Assembly: GCF_035084215.1 (NCBI RefSeq)
Contig: NC_090351.1
Coordinates: forward strand, 34,038,001 to 34,102,000
Source of the DNA: Heptranchias perlo
Lineage: Eukaryota
Length of the DNA: 64,000 nucleotides
Reading direction: 5' to 3'
Of this stretch, positions 39,560 to 51,549 are shown piece by piece. The position numbers and the translations under genes were made by a program. The notes beneath the pieces are model-generated. The model was given only the letters and a program-made list of their open reading frames with translations. It was not told where the DNA came from and made no database searches. The first letter of the stretch is position 1. Every line of letters starts with the position of its first letter.

Positions 39560-41457
39560 CGCCCTTGTGCCTACCCTTTGTGATCACAAAACATTAGCCT
39601 TTCTCTTCCTACTACTTTTATGTGGTGCATCCCCTGTGGCTGCAGCAGAGGTTGTGGCAGGTTGCTCATGTCTGTGTCCGGACTACATAGGTGCTTTGGG
39701 CCTATGCCTTCGGGGTTTTGGAGCCCCTGAGGGCCCTTCCAAAGACTGCTCCACCTGCATCTGTGCAGGGGCAGACTCGGCCACCTGGAGAGGAAGCAGC
39801 ATTACGGGTACTGGTTGAGAGGCGGGCAACGGGTGAGACGTGGGAGCGCTTTGAGTGGCGTCCCCACTTCCATGTCCCCTTTCGCCATCATCCCTCTACT
39901 GGACTAGGCCAACATCGCTCCTACCACCCTGCTGGAGAACAGTTTGGAGGACATGTACGATGCCTTGGAAGCCCAGATGTAAAGTTTTTGTCTGCCTGTT
40001 TCAGGCGGCAGAATGTTCCTCATGAGTCCAAATGGCCATTGTCAGGGTCTGAATGGACCCATTTGTGAGCCATGCTTGGCGCTCAGTGGAGGCTAGTCTT
40101 CTCTCCATCGCAGATATTTCCGCAGTTATCTGAGACACTATCTCACAGTTCTTCATGTCCCTGTGACACTATCTCGGATGTTTTCGCACGCACCTGTGCC
40201 ACCATTCCACTAATGCAGGAGTTGGACGCCTCCATCCTCTGCACTATTGTGGAGAGCGTGCGTGGCACATGTTTCAGTTCCTCACAAATGTGCTACTTTT
40301 CCCTTGATCATTCTCCTTTTAAAGGATGGCTCCCAGGATTCAACATCTGCGTCCAGCTGAGCAGAGCCTGGAGAGGAGTGCGCCCACCGACGCGATCTCT
40401 CCACAGTTTCCCCTGCCACTAATGTCTGCTCGTGCTCGTTTGTGTGTGGTGACTCACCAGGTGCCAACCCAACTAACTGACTACGAGGACCCACTGAGGT
40501 GTGAGTATCTGCGCTGGTGGGTGGCTCACTAAGATGTGACAGTGCACCCTCAGAGGCCGGGAGCTCCTCTTGAGGAATCGCCCTCTCTCGTCACTGCAGT
40601 CGTTGAAGGACCTGTAAGAGAACAGAAGGCAATATTAAGCATCATCACAGATGTGTCATTTTGCGATGAGCATACTGAAGGATTCAATATGCCAAGCATT
40701 GTTAACATCAATTTATGTTGTGTCTGATGAGAAAGTTGTGTCGCCAGACATTTGTGGGTGCCAGTCTCGGCGTCCCTAATGAACAGGCATTCGAGGGTGT
40801 GGCTGGTCTCCAGGGCCGCCCCCACTGCCTCTGTGAGGGCCACTATTTGTTGTGGACCCCCCCCTCCTGTCCTCGTCCTCTTGCGTGCATTTTGCATGCT
40901 CTTCTAGGAGGGAAGAAAGTAACAGACGTGTGAGTGAGTGATGAAGTGGTCAGCCGATGAATGCGTTGCTTTGGGTGAGGCTGACCATGAAAGAGATGCA
41001 GCAGAAGGTGAGTATCAGACAGAGACATCACATTGGATCAGGATTGAGGTGAGTGGTAGTGGTGGGGTCACAAATGGGGAGGTGAGGAAGTGAAGGTAAG
41101 TTGAGGATGAGCCTTAAGTGTGTGTGAGGAGTGATGTGATGGAGTAGTCTTGGCTGTGCAGAATGTGAGGGTGGGGGTGGGGGGTGACATGGAATGCAGG
41201 AGAATTAATAAGTGTACTCACTTTTGCTGACCTAGTTAGGTCATTGAAATGCTTCCTGCACTCGACCCAAGTGCGGGATATGTTGCTCCTGCTCGTGACG
41301 TCCTCTGCCACCTTGGGCTAGGCCTTGATTGCAGAGGCGCAGGGCGCTTCCTCCTGTTAGCCAGGTAAAATAGTTCCCTCCTCCTTGCTCCGGCGAGTAG
41401 CACCTGAAGTGAGGAATTGCCAAATCTTGGAGCAGCCTTGCCCCTGTGCTGCTCCAT
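39560..41457 (-). pseudogene. Harbinger Myb/SANT-like DNA-binding protein, multi-exon, disrupted
   Basis: MEQHRGKAAPRF...VAEDVTSRSNISRTWVECRKHFNDLTRSAK ends at a gtgagt donor near 41221. The next exon reads ...NARKRTRTGGGGP. The 3' boundary is approximate. Confidence 0.8.
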
Positions 41458-43372
41458 TGGGTCTTCTTGCTCTTTGCTCCAGCAAAAATCCATTGGAGCA
41501 ATGGCCCTTTAAATCTAGACGCTGCAGCTGACAGCCTGTCACGCGGGTGCACAGTTCGACCGCTGCGCAGCTTTCGGACGACAAACCTAGAAACAAGATT
41601 AACGGCCACCGATTAAGTCGCAATCGCGTGGGGAACAGTAAGTTTTTATTATTCGCGTTTGCCGAGCGCCCAATGACCCCCAACCCCCCCTCCGCCTTTC
41701 TGCTGCCATCCCACCGCCTTATTAAAATCGTGCCCATAGTGTTCAATTTCAGCATTCATCCACCAAAGAGAAAGCAGTACTGAGAACAGCCCAGCAAAAT
41801 TCAATCAGGAGAAATCAGCAGAGTAAGAATTCAGAGCTCAGAGTACCTAAGCATCCTGGGCCTTGTCGGTCAGATTGCCCACAGCTCACTGACCACATAT
41901 GGCCAATGGGTCATCGTTTGGACACGCTGGGGAAGACACTGTCCCACTGGTGGAGCCTCACACACAGCAGATGGTTTATTGGAAAATCGCCGGTGCATCT
42001 CTCACCAATGTCAATGGATGAAAAACAGTGAGCAAGGCACCCTTCAATTTTCGGATAAGTCACCTGCTGTGTGTGGGGCCCCATCGATGACGAGGGCTCC
42101 TTGGAAAGTTCCGCCCATCAGATCTAAAGTTTGTTTCTTTCAAAACACTTTTTTTTTTGCATGGAATCCAAGATGGCTGCCAGCCAGTCAGCAAGGCTTT
42201 GAAATGTTGGTTGCCACAGTGATCTTGAAATCCATGCAGTCAATTGTAATCGGCTTTTACACTTCATTTCTTGGCATATCATTTCCAAGAAAGCTGAATT
42301 GTAAGAGCTCAACCATGGCCACAACAGTTTAACAATCTACCGAACAGAATCAATTCCAAATGCGATTTATCAGCCTGATAGTCATTTTTCTCATTTCTAA
42401 CCATTGAGTTAATTGACAGAAGTGTTGAGTATCTGAGTGTTTGACTGTCAGGTTATGAGAGGTGACACTTAGTCAATAGGACTTTTTTTAAAATTTATAG
42501 CACAACCAGACTTACAAAAGCTTTTTATGCAGTTTGTGTTTTCATTTCATTCATTTTCCTGCACACACTAGAATGCCAAATAAACAGTTTGCTACACAGT
42601 TATTTTATGTAATGACTACCTTCTAATAAAAAAAAACAGGTGCCATAGCTCACTAGCAATTAATATAAAATTAATTCCGACAGTTTATGAATTTATTTAT
42701 TTTTCACTTCTAAACACTGTTTAAATCATTGAACAATAACATAGACCATAATTGAGCCTTACAGATTGAGCAAGATACTAGGTCTGATCTGCAGTTTGTG
42801 CTGAGGTAACTGAAAACAATCAGGGTGATGATGGAGACACTGCTCTTTAAATGTGAGTTGTTGTTGTTGTTGTTGTGTTGATTGGCCTCAGTACACAAGG
42901 CTAGAGGGGAAAGGTCAGTCAAGATTCCAATCGATCGCTATCCAATGACCCCTTCTGAAAAGTCGGTATGGGGTGAATACTGGACTTGGCTGCAATGCCC
43001 CCTGTAATGGAACATTCACTCCTGGATTTTCCAATCAGCCCTACTTTAATGCTGACAGTAACCCATTTCAAGTAAAGTCAGTTTTAAAATAATGCTGCTC
43101 AAACAATCTAGGTTTTAATGTCTATGTTCAGACGAAAGAATAGCCACTTAAGGAGATCAGCCAATGGTATTGATGCAAAAATTCTACTGTGAGCCCTTTT
43201 AACACATCTTCGATGAGCTGAAGTTGCAGTTTCTTTGTTGTCTTTAGCCCAACCTTCCCCTCCACTCTACCAGTGGAAAGAAGCCTCCTTTAAGGGGCCA
43301 ATTGAGAAATTTCCAGCTTGACTGAACCATTGCCTGACTTGTTTTGCCTTTTGGACTCCATTGATCAATATA

Positions 43373-43595
43373 AAGAAAGAACTTACATTTATATTGCACC
43401 TTTCATGACCTCAGGACGTCCAAAGTCGCTTTACAGCCAATGAAGTACTTTTGAAGTGTAGTCACTCGTAATGTAGGAAACGCGGCAGCCAATTTGCACA
43501 CAGCAAGATCCCACAAACAGCAATGTGATAATGACCAGTCTGTTTGTTTGTTTTTTAAGTGATGTTGGGTTGGAGGATGAATATTGGTTAGGACA
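43373..43595 (-). mobile_element. DeuSINE 3' fragment
   Basis: Reverse complement of the 36821 copy's 3' half. Confidence 0.8.
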
Positions 43596-44004
43596 GTATA
43601 TACAGTAAATGGTGGCAGAATTTGCACTTTTTTACATGAATAAAGTACACGTGCAAGAGGTAAATGAGTTAATTTACAAGAGTTAACGCCAAAGTCACCA
43701 CTGATGTCCACCAATGTAAAAATCCAACCCATTAATTTAGGTTTAATTTTATGCCTCTCTGACAATGCTTTAAAGGGAAATTTCGGACTCGAAACAGTTC
43801 CCGCTTAACACACTGACCTCCCCTCAAATCTATTTCCAAGCATTAATTTATTTGGTACCCAACTACACAGAAAAAGCCAGATTCAAAGACAGTGTTTACC
43901 TCTCACTGCTTAGGAAAGATCAGATTACAATATAACATGGAATCTATAGCTGCACCTGGATGATCAAATTAGGATAAACTTCGCTCAAAGATTGCTAAAT
44001 GTTT

Positions 44005-44224
44005 ATGGTAAGAACAGAAAATGCTGGAGAAGCTCAGCGAGTCAGGCAGCATCTGTGGAGAAAGAAACAGAGTTAACGTTTCAGGTCCGAACTCTGCCGA
44101 AAGGTCTTCGACCTGAAATGTTAACCCTGTTTCCTGCTCCACAGATGCTGCCTCACTTGCTGAGCTTTTCCAGCATTTTCTGTTTTTATTTCAGATTTCC
44201 AGCATCTGCAATATTTTGCTTTTG
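44005..44224 (+). mobile_element. 220-bp palindromic Penelope-type non-autonomous element with degenerate hammerhead core
   Basis: TSD gctaaatgttt (43994-44004, 44225-44235), ~74-bp inverted arms (44014-44087, 44110-44183), and core CTGcCGA-A-AGGTC-ttc-GACCT-GAAA. Confidence 0.75.
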
Positions 44225-44306
44225 GCTAAATGTTTCGAATCATTTAAGAAGGAAAGTACGAGAGGCAGGACCAGGATTTTTCGGAGTTACTGGGGTAAAG
44301 TGTCAG

Positions 44307-44728
44307 TCATAGCTCAGTGGTAGTACAGTCACCTTTCAGTCAGAAGACTGTAGGTTCACATCCCACTCCAATACGTAATCTAGGCTGATGCTTCAGTCCA
44401 GTGTGGAAGGAATGTTGTATTATCGGAGGTGCTGTCTTTCAGATGAGATGTTAAACCGAAGCCCCATCTACCTGCTTAGGTGGATGTTGAAGATCCCATG
44501 TTGAAGAAGAGCTGTGGCGTTCTCCTGGTGTCCTGGTCAACCAACCAACGCACATTAATTGGTCATTCACCTCCTTGCTGTTTGTGGGACCTTGCTGTGT
44601 GCAAATTGGCTGCCACATTTGCTTAAATTACAACAGTGACTACACATCAAAAGTACTTCATTGGCTGTGAAACACTTTGGGACATCCTGAGGACACGAAT
44701 GATGTTACATAAATGCTAGTTCTTTCTT
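44307..44728 (+). mobile_element. DeuSINE, near full length, diverged
   Basis: Colinear with the 36821 copy. Confidence 0.85.
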
Positions 44729-45945
44729 TATTCAAAATACAATTGGATGCTGTAGTGGGGGATTTTATGTACCAGAAGGATAAATGTGAATGGGCCACTG
44801 TATTAGAAATAGAAACTAAATCAATGCCAGTAACTACTGGTCCACTCACAGTGATAGAAATAGAGATTACAACACACCAATCTACCTACTCACCCACTTC
44901 TGGAGGCTGCAACACTCCACGTCCACTTGCTGCATTAGAAACCGAGACAGTATCGCTGCTAGCAACCACCAACCCATTCACTAAAATAGAAAGTGAGGCT
45001 ACAACACAGGCAGCACTCACCAAACCACCGACCGCCTGCATTAGAAATAAAGGCCGTAATCACAGACAGCAACCATCTGCCACATTACAGCGAGGAGCCC
45101 ATCACAATTTTACAACAGATTTCCACTATTTCATATGTCAGCTCTTAACATTTTCCCAGATTCTCGTGAATGCTGAAACTGCACAAGAATCTCCTTCCTG
45201 TGAAGGTGAAGATACGGCATTCCCCTCTCATCCCTATTCTCCCAACTAGCTAGCATTTGTACACTGGAACTTTATAAAAACCAGAAATCACACTATTTTG
45301 CCTCTTTGACAAGGCTGCGAACGATTGACTGCTGAGGGCAACTTGTCACTTGCTTGATCAGCTTTTTTCTGGCAATCAAATCGAGGCTTTTCAGCTAAGC
45401 TTATATTTCAATTGTTAGATGAAGCTCTTTAATGCGCCTTGTCTGTTCGTGGCCTGCCTTGTGGACAAAAGGCTAAAGAACGGAGATGAGCTGAGAGAAG
45501 TGAAATCTACTTATTGAGCTGAAACGCCAGTGATGCCCCACACAGTGCATTTGTTTTCTGGCAATGTCAGTCGAACAAACAAGCCTCGTGTTTATTATCA
45601 TAAGTGTGAAACTTGGAGGTTTATTGGAAACCACATTTCTTTGAGCAGAGCGCTGGCTTCACAGCAGGGACAAAGTAACCACGTGAGATTAGATTAAAAA
45701 CTGGAAGCTTCAAAGCTTATCAACAGTAAAGATTCAAACTTCCTCTGCGTAGAACAAGATCGTCCCCCTAGATCTGAGGTTGAAGTGAAGCTTTGCTACA
45801 AACCAAAATATAAAGCAATGGATTTAGATTTCAATCTGATTAAAAGAAATCTTTGCACCATCTCTATCACCTTCTATTTTATGGCGGTCCAATTGCACGA
45901 ACATTCTTTGTTAATACGAATCTATTGCATATCGGAACTCAACCA

Positions 45946-46437
45946 TGTGGTAAATGATCTGAATTAGAGATGACCAGGCAGGAATGGATTTGGTAACTTA
46001 ATACCAATCAGGGAAATGAACACCAGGCTTTCTGTTCCATTGTGTAATTAAGTGCATAATCTGACTTTACTTATTTGCTTGGGATAAACAGTTGAGGATC
46101 AAAATTATACATGCGTAACTAGATAAAAGGGAACAACACAGTTATTTTTGGTATTGTATTGCTTGGATATATTTCAGCACCAGTTCTGTATGCTGGGAAA
46201 ATGTATGTGCCCGTGATAGAGGAACCAGTACTTAAGCATATTAGTCACGATGGTGCTGGTGTTAATTTTCTACCATCTGAGATGTGTACAGTAGCTGCAG
46301 ACATTAGAAACACCTGGTATGTAAAATGACACACAACTGTGGTAAATGATCTGAATTAGAGATGACCAGGCAGGAATGGATTTGGTAACTTAATACCAAT
46401 CAGGGAAATGAACACCAGGCTTTCTGTTCCATTGTGT
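45946..46437. repeat. Identical 100-bp direct repeats flanking a 292-bp spacer
   Basis: 45946-46045 is identical to 46338-46437 when read base by base. Confidence 0.9.
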
Positions 46438-46499
46438 GATAAAAGAACTCTGTGGTGCAGAGATGATGCTCTTCTCAGGAGTACCTTCTACTCCAGGAG

Positions 46500-46672
46500 T
46501 TAAGAGCATAAATAGGAGCAGGAGTAGGCCATACGACCTCTCGAGCCTGCTCCGCCATTCAATAAGTTCATGGCTGATCATTGACCTCAACTCCACTTTC
46601 CTGCCCGATCCCCATATCCCTTGATTCCCTTAGAGTCCAAAAATCTATTGATCTCAGTCTTGAATATAATCA
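46500..46672 (-). mobile_element. CR1 3' tail fragment
   Basis: Contains ataggagcaggagtaggcc...catggctgatc. Confidence 0.75.
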
Positions 46673-46976
46673 ACATTATATTTCCCCCTCATGCACAATG
46701 TGCAGATGCCACACACCAGTGCATAAATGTATTACAACTAGTGGTGTTGTAAGCAGGGAGCAAAGACCAACAGTCGTCTTCAGGTGAAGCAGGATTAGAG
46801 ACCAGGTATAATTTGACCAGATGTACAGACATAATCAGTCCCCATTTTAAAGTCATACTTTCTATCCTTATTTTTAACACTTATTTTATGCTATTATTTA
46901 TAGTTAACTGGAATAATTTGGGAAGCAGAGAAGTAGAGTTGGTCAGATCATTAGTTTCTCTGCTGTAAACTGAGGG

Positions 46977-47018
46977 TTGTAAACAATTTTACAACACCAA
47001 TTTATAGTCCAGCAATTT
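46977..47018 (-). repeat. Internal fragment of the 129-bp hammerhead element
   Basis: ttgtaaacaattttacaacaccaa.ttatagtcca matches 8264-8300. Confidence 0.7.
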
Positions 47019-47628
47019 GAGGTAGGAGAGATGCAAAACTGCAGCACTACATCGCCACCATTGGGTGGGAGGTCATAATTACAGCATAACATCTTTACCT
47101 CGGTAGTTTCAATTCTAAATGTGGACATAGAAACTTATAATGGCAAATGTTGACCCAGGAAATGCACACAGACGTAAGGTTATTAATATTATACCAATAT
47201 GTCAGCCAAATAAATTACTATCACATTGTTAAACTGTGTTATTCAATCATGGGAGCCTACTATCTGTCACACTAGCAATACTTTTATCAAGAACAGAAAA
47301 ACACTGAAAGTGGTAAGAAATCACTTTAAGAGGTGAAATTCCTCTTTTAACAAATGAGAAGGTCTGATCTTCTCATTCAATTAATTAGGCTAGTAGCAAG
47401 AGACGGTATGAACTTAAATTAGTGAAAAGTAAATTTGAATCAGATATATGGAAGAACTTCTTTTCTTAAAAAGTGATGAATGTTTGGAATAATTTGCAGA
47501 ATAGCAGATCATAAAACATGTGGAAGGGTGAGGTTTAAAATTATTGAATGCTAGACTAAAGAAGTATTAGAGGGATGAGCCTCCATTGGCTAATAGCTGT
47601 CTTGCATCCTTGACTCTCTCTATAACAA

Positions 47629-47629
<1 letters not shown>

Positions 47630-47664
<35 letters not shown>
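47630..47664. repeat. (CA)n microsatellite
   Basis: Read directly from the sequence. Confidence 0.95.
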
Positions 47665-47667
<3 letters not shown>

Positions 47668-48744
47668 AAATCAGAGAAAACGCCCACCTTTAAAACAGGC
47701 AACATCTTGAGAGTGTGATTCCATTAACGGCCGTCAATTCTCCCATTTTTTGTTGAGGAATTTTGAAGGCATAACTCATTTAGGGTTGAGATGGCTTCAA
47801 CCCAAACCCTCAATGTGTCAGTGACTTGTAACCTATTCTGTGTGAAAACATACATATTTTATCCATATCTTTGTATTGTGCAGAAATATTCTGATATCTA
47901 TCAGCAGATGGCTAAGTCATTGCACACATCTGTTTTTGCACCCCATGATTTTATTATTTGAGAGTGTAAATTGCCTATTTGCTTCATCTTGTTTGTCTTT
48001 AAATTTTGTCCATAAGTTGTGCATATCATAAATGCCTGACTGAGTCCAATATTGAAGGTGTGAAGAGTTCAAGTAGCCAGATCTGGTGAATCACTGAAAT
48101 ATAGTGGAAACACAACAGAGCTTAATTCCCTAGAGGAAACCCAAAGACAAGACAGATAAATGAGATCAATGCCACCTGAAAAGTAATCCAGAATATGTTA
48201 AAATGCACATACTCTTTGTAGTGAATGCTTCAGATATATAGTCGTATGTTTGGCTATTTTTCTATCTCTCATGATGGTTGGATTTCCTTCAACCAGTGGA
48301 AGTGGAGAGTTTGCCCATTTTCTGTGATAAACTAATGACCCAGTGTGAAAATGGAGGGTGAGGCACTGTTTTACAGTGAGAGAATTATCATAGAGTGAAT
48401 TTGTTCCCATTGACAACAGAGGCCAGTGAGTCAACAAACAGCTGCTGTAATAAGCATTTCACACGACATGAGCAGCTCAAAGCCCAATTGAAAAGGTTAA
48501 AAGAGGAGGAAAAATGCAGCTGTTGATGCACAAATCAGCAATGTCATGGTTTCATATCCAAGTCACAAGGCCTGTTTCACCCAAGAAGCCAATCAGGCTT
48601 TGTTGGAGAACGTAATGGCTAGATGTGATTCTTTTGGGTGGTGAGGAGGTAGAGAACATGGTAGCTGGTGACTGATGACATCAGCCCGTGTCCATGATCT
48701 ACAAGACCTGGAAAGGAGTCTGCAAGAAGTTGCATTATCTGAAA

Positions 48745-49972
48745 AAGTATGGTCATTGTACTAGCGTGCCAAAAGACCCAAAAAATATAAAGGCACAATT
48801 TTAGATTTGCCAGGAGGGAACTGGGGAGAGAATTCTGAAATATGGTAAACAGTGAGGATGAACAATGACTAACAGGAAAAGACCCTCTGGCCCATCCAGC
48901 TTGTCCCACACAATTGTGATACCTCGTGCATCACAATATATACACTCCCCACCCCACCCGAAACCATGTGATCTCCTGGGAGAGGCGAAAACCAGATAAA
49001 AACCCGAGCCAATTTGGGGGGATAAAAGTCCAGGAAATTCATCTCCGATGCCCTTAGGTGATCAAAACTAGTCCAGGAGATCACTCTGGCCCTGATAATT
49101 CTATGCATGTAGTTCCAAGAAGTGTGATTAGAAGTAGGAAGTGATGCATTTTGGTAGGAAGAATGAGGAGTGGCAAATATAAACTAAATGATACAATTTT
49201 AAAGCGGGTGCAGGAACAGAGAGGCTTATAAACAGAGGCATAGAGTACAAAAGCATGGAAGTTATGCTAAACCTTTATAAAACACTAGTTAGGACCCAGC
49301 TGGAGTATTATGTCCAATTCTGAGCACCACACTTTAGGAAGGATGCCAAGGCCTTAAGAGAGGGTGCAGAGGAGATTTACTAGCATGGCACCAGGGATGC
49401 GGGAATTCAATGACTTAGAGAGACTAGAGAAGCCAGGGTTGTTCTCCTTAGAGCAGAGAAGATTAAGGGGACATTTAATAGTGTTCAAAATCATGAATGA
49501 CTTTGATAGAGTAGACATTTGCCTGAGGAAGGAGGAAATCTCCGAAAGCTTGTGAATTTAAAATAAAATTGCTGGACTATAACTTGGTGTTGTAAAATTG
49601 TTTACAATTGTCAACCCCAGTCCATCACCGGCATCTCCACATCTTGATAGAGTAGGGTTGTGGCAGAAGGGTTGATAACCAGAGGACACAGTTTTACGTT
49701 AATTGGCAAAAGAACCAGAGGCGAGATGAGGAGAATTTTTTTTATGCAGTGAGTTGTTATGATCTGGAATGCACTGCCTGAAAGGGTGGTGGAAGCAGAT
49801 TCAATAGTAACTTTCAAAAGGGAATTGGATAAATACTTCAAGGAGAAAAATGTGCAGGCCTATGGGAAAAAGGCAGGGGAATGGGACTAATTGGATAGCT
49901 TTTTCAAAGGGTCAGCACAGGCATGATTGGCTGAATGGCCTCCTTCTGTGCTGTACCATCCTATGATTCTAT
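48745..49972 (+). mobile_element. CR1 3' fragment carrying two nested insertions (48858-49095 and 49515-49643)
   Basis: Encodes QRRFTSMAPGMRE...LFSLEQRRLRG and ends ctgtgctgtaccatcctatgattctatg. Confidence 0.85.
49515..49643 (+). mobile_element. 129-bp hammerhead-containing short retroposon, copy 2
   Basis: 12-bp TSD ttgatagagtag (49503-49514, 49644-49655). Core reads atttgc-CTGAGGA-A-GGAG-gaaat-CTCC-GAAA-GCTT-gtgaat. Confidence 0.85.
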
Positions 49973-50666
49973 GTAGTAGAGATTTGTAACTGAGTACAAC
50001 TTCCAGCATGAAACCACAGTGTTGTTCTATTTGCGGGTAAAGAGTTCTCACAACGAGCAGGTTGACTGGGTACTGATGGTAGGTGATTATAGAAGAGCCC
50101 TAATAGTGCACGTGGAGCAAACTGTTGAACTGATGGGGCTGGAGATGCTGAACAACATGGAAACCTGCGATGTGGGTGGCTGTAGTAATGGTCATCGTAG
50201 AATTTAACAGCACAGAAGGAGGCCATTCGGCCCATCGTGCCTGTGCCTCATCCTGTACTCAGACTAGCAGACTCCAAATGTGTCAGATAACAGCAATGAG
50301 CGACTTGTTTCTGACTTTTTTAAACTACTGAGCCAAATTTCTCTATGATCATTGTGTCAGCTGTATGTATTTTACATATTAAATACCAGTAAATGAATCA
50401 TTTAAATAAAGCAGTCACTGGCTGAATCAGGAAATTGCTCTGGCAGGGACATTGGTTTATTTTGGCCTCACATTCACCCTCCTGTACATTCTCCTCTTAA
50501 CCAGTACAAAGGAAATGAAACCATTTGTCCACTAATCTCTGTATCTTTCTGAACTATTAGTCTGTGTCTCCCCCTGCAGCTGGAAGTCACTACAGCAGGG
50601 TTCCTGTTTTGCTTCTGTTTAACCTTCGCACTGCTGGAATTTAACCTGGAAAAAAAAGAATAATTG

Positions 50667-51445
50667 GTGTTATCCTTGAGGAATAATTGGGGCTATCGAT
50701 GAAGGATAATATGGGGATATCAATGATAGCCCCATATTACCCTTCATTGATAGCCCCCTTGTTGTCCCTCATCAATAGCTTATCGCTCATTGAAGGATAA
50801 TATGGGGCTATCAATGAAGAATAATAGAAGCAATCAATTAGGGAAAATGGGACTATTAGTGTGGAATATTGGAGAACTATCAATAAGGGATAATGGTGGT
50901 ATTATTGAGAGATAATAGAGGTCATCAATGAAGGATAATAAGGGGCTATCAATGATGAATAATGGTTATCAGTAAGACATAATAAGGAATTATTCATGAG
51001 GTTAAAAGGGGTTATCAATGAGGAATAATGTGAGATTTAATGAAAGATAACGTGAGTTATTAATGGTTAATATTGTGGGGGAGGGAGGAGATGTTTATCA
51101 TTTAAGGATATTTCAAGTTAGCAGTGAAGGACGATGGGAGCTATCAAGGAGGGTTAATCAATGACCTGTTAGTCTATTTTCTAACAGTGCTGGTTGTGGG
51201 ATAAATGTTAGCGAGGACAGCTCCCCTGCTCTTGAGATCTTTAGAGTCCAACTGAGAAGGCATGTGGGGGCTATGAACGAGGGATAATGGGGAATATCAA
51301 TTGGGCTGAATGAGTTATCAGTGAGGTATAATAAGGGTGAGAAGTTACCAGCGGGAAATAATGGGAGTTATCATTAAGGAATAATGGGGGATAATGAAGG
51401 AGGGAATTACTGATGAGAGGTACCAATTGGGGATAATAGCCTCAA
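50667..51445. repeat. Degenerate ~23-24 bp minisatellite (GGGGCTATCAATGAAGGATAATAT) with an inverted block
   Basis: Recurring atcaatga.ggataat.gggg units; 50724-50790 is in the opposite orientation. Confidence 0.8.
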
Positions 51446-51549
51446 ATAGATGTTGTATGTTAATAACCATTTTGCATAAATGCAAATTATATCATTTATT
51501 TTTCTTTCACTGTTTCCTGCCCTCAATATATCTGTTATACAATCAGACA

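Larger units (their letters stand above)
37361..41735. mobile_element. Complete PIF/Harbinger DNA transposon (inactivated)
   Basis: Perfect 14-bp TIRs GGGCACGATTTTAA (37361-37374, 41722-41735), 3-bp TSD ATA, and convergent transposase and Myb/SANT genes. Confidence 0.93.
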
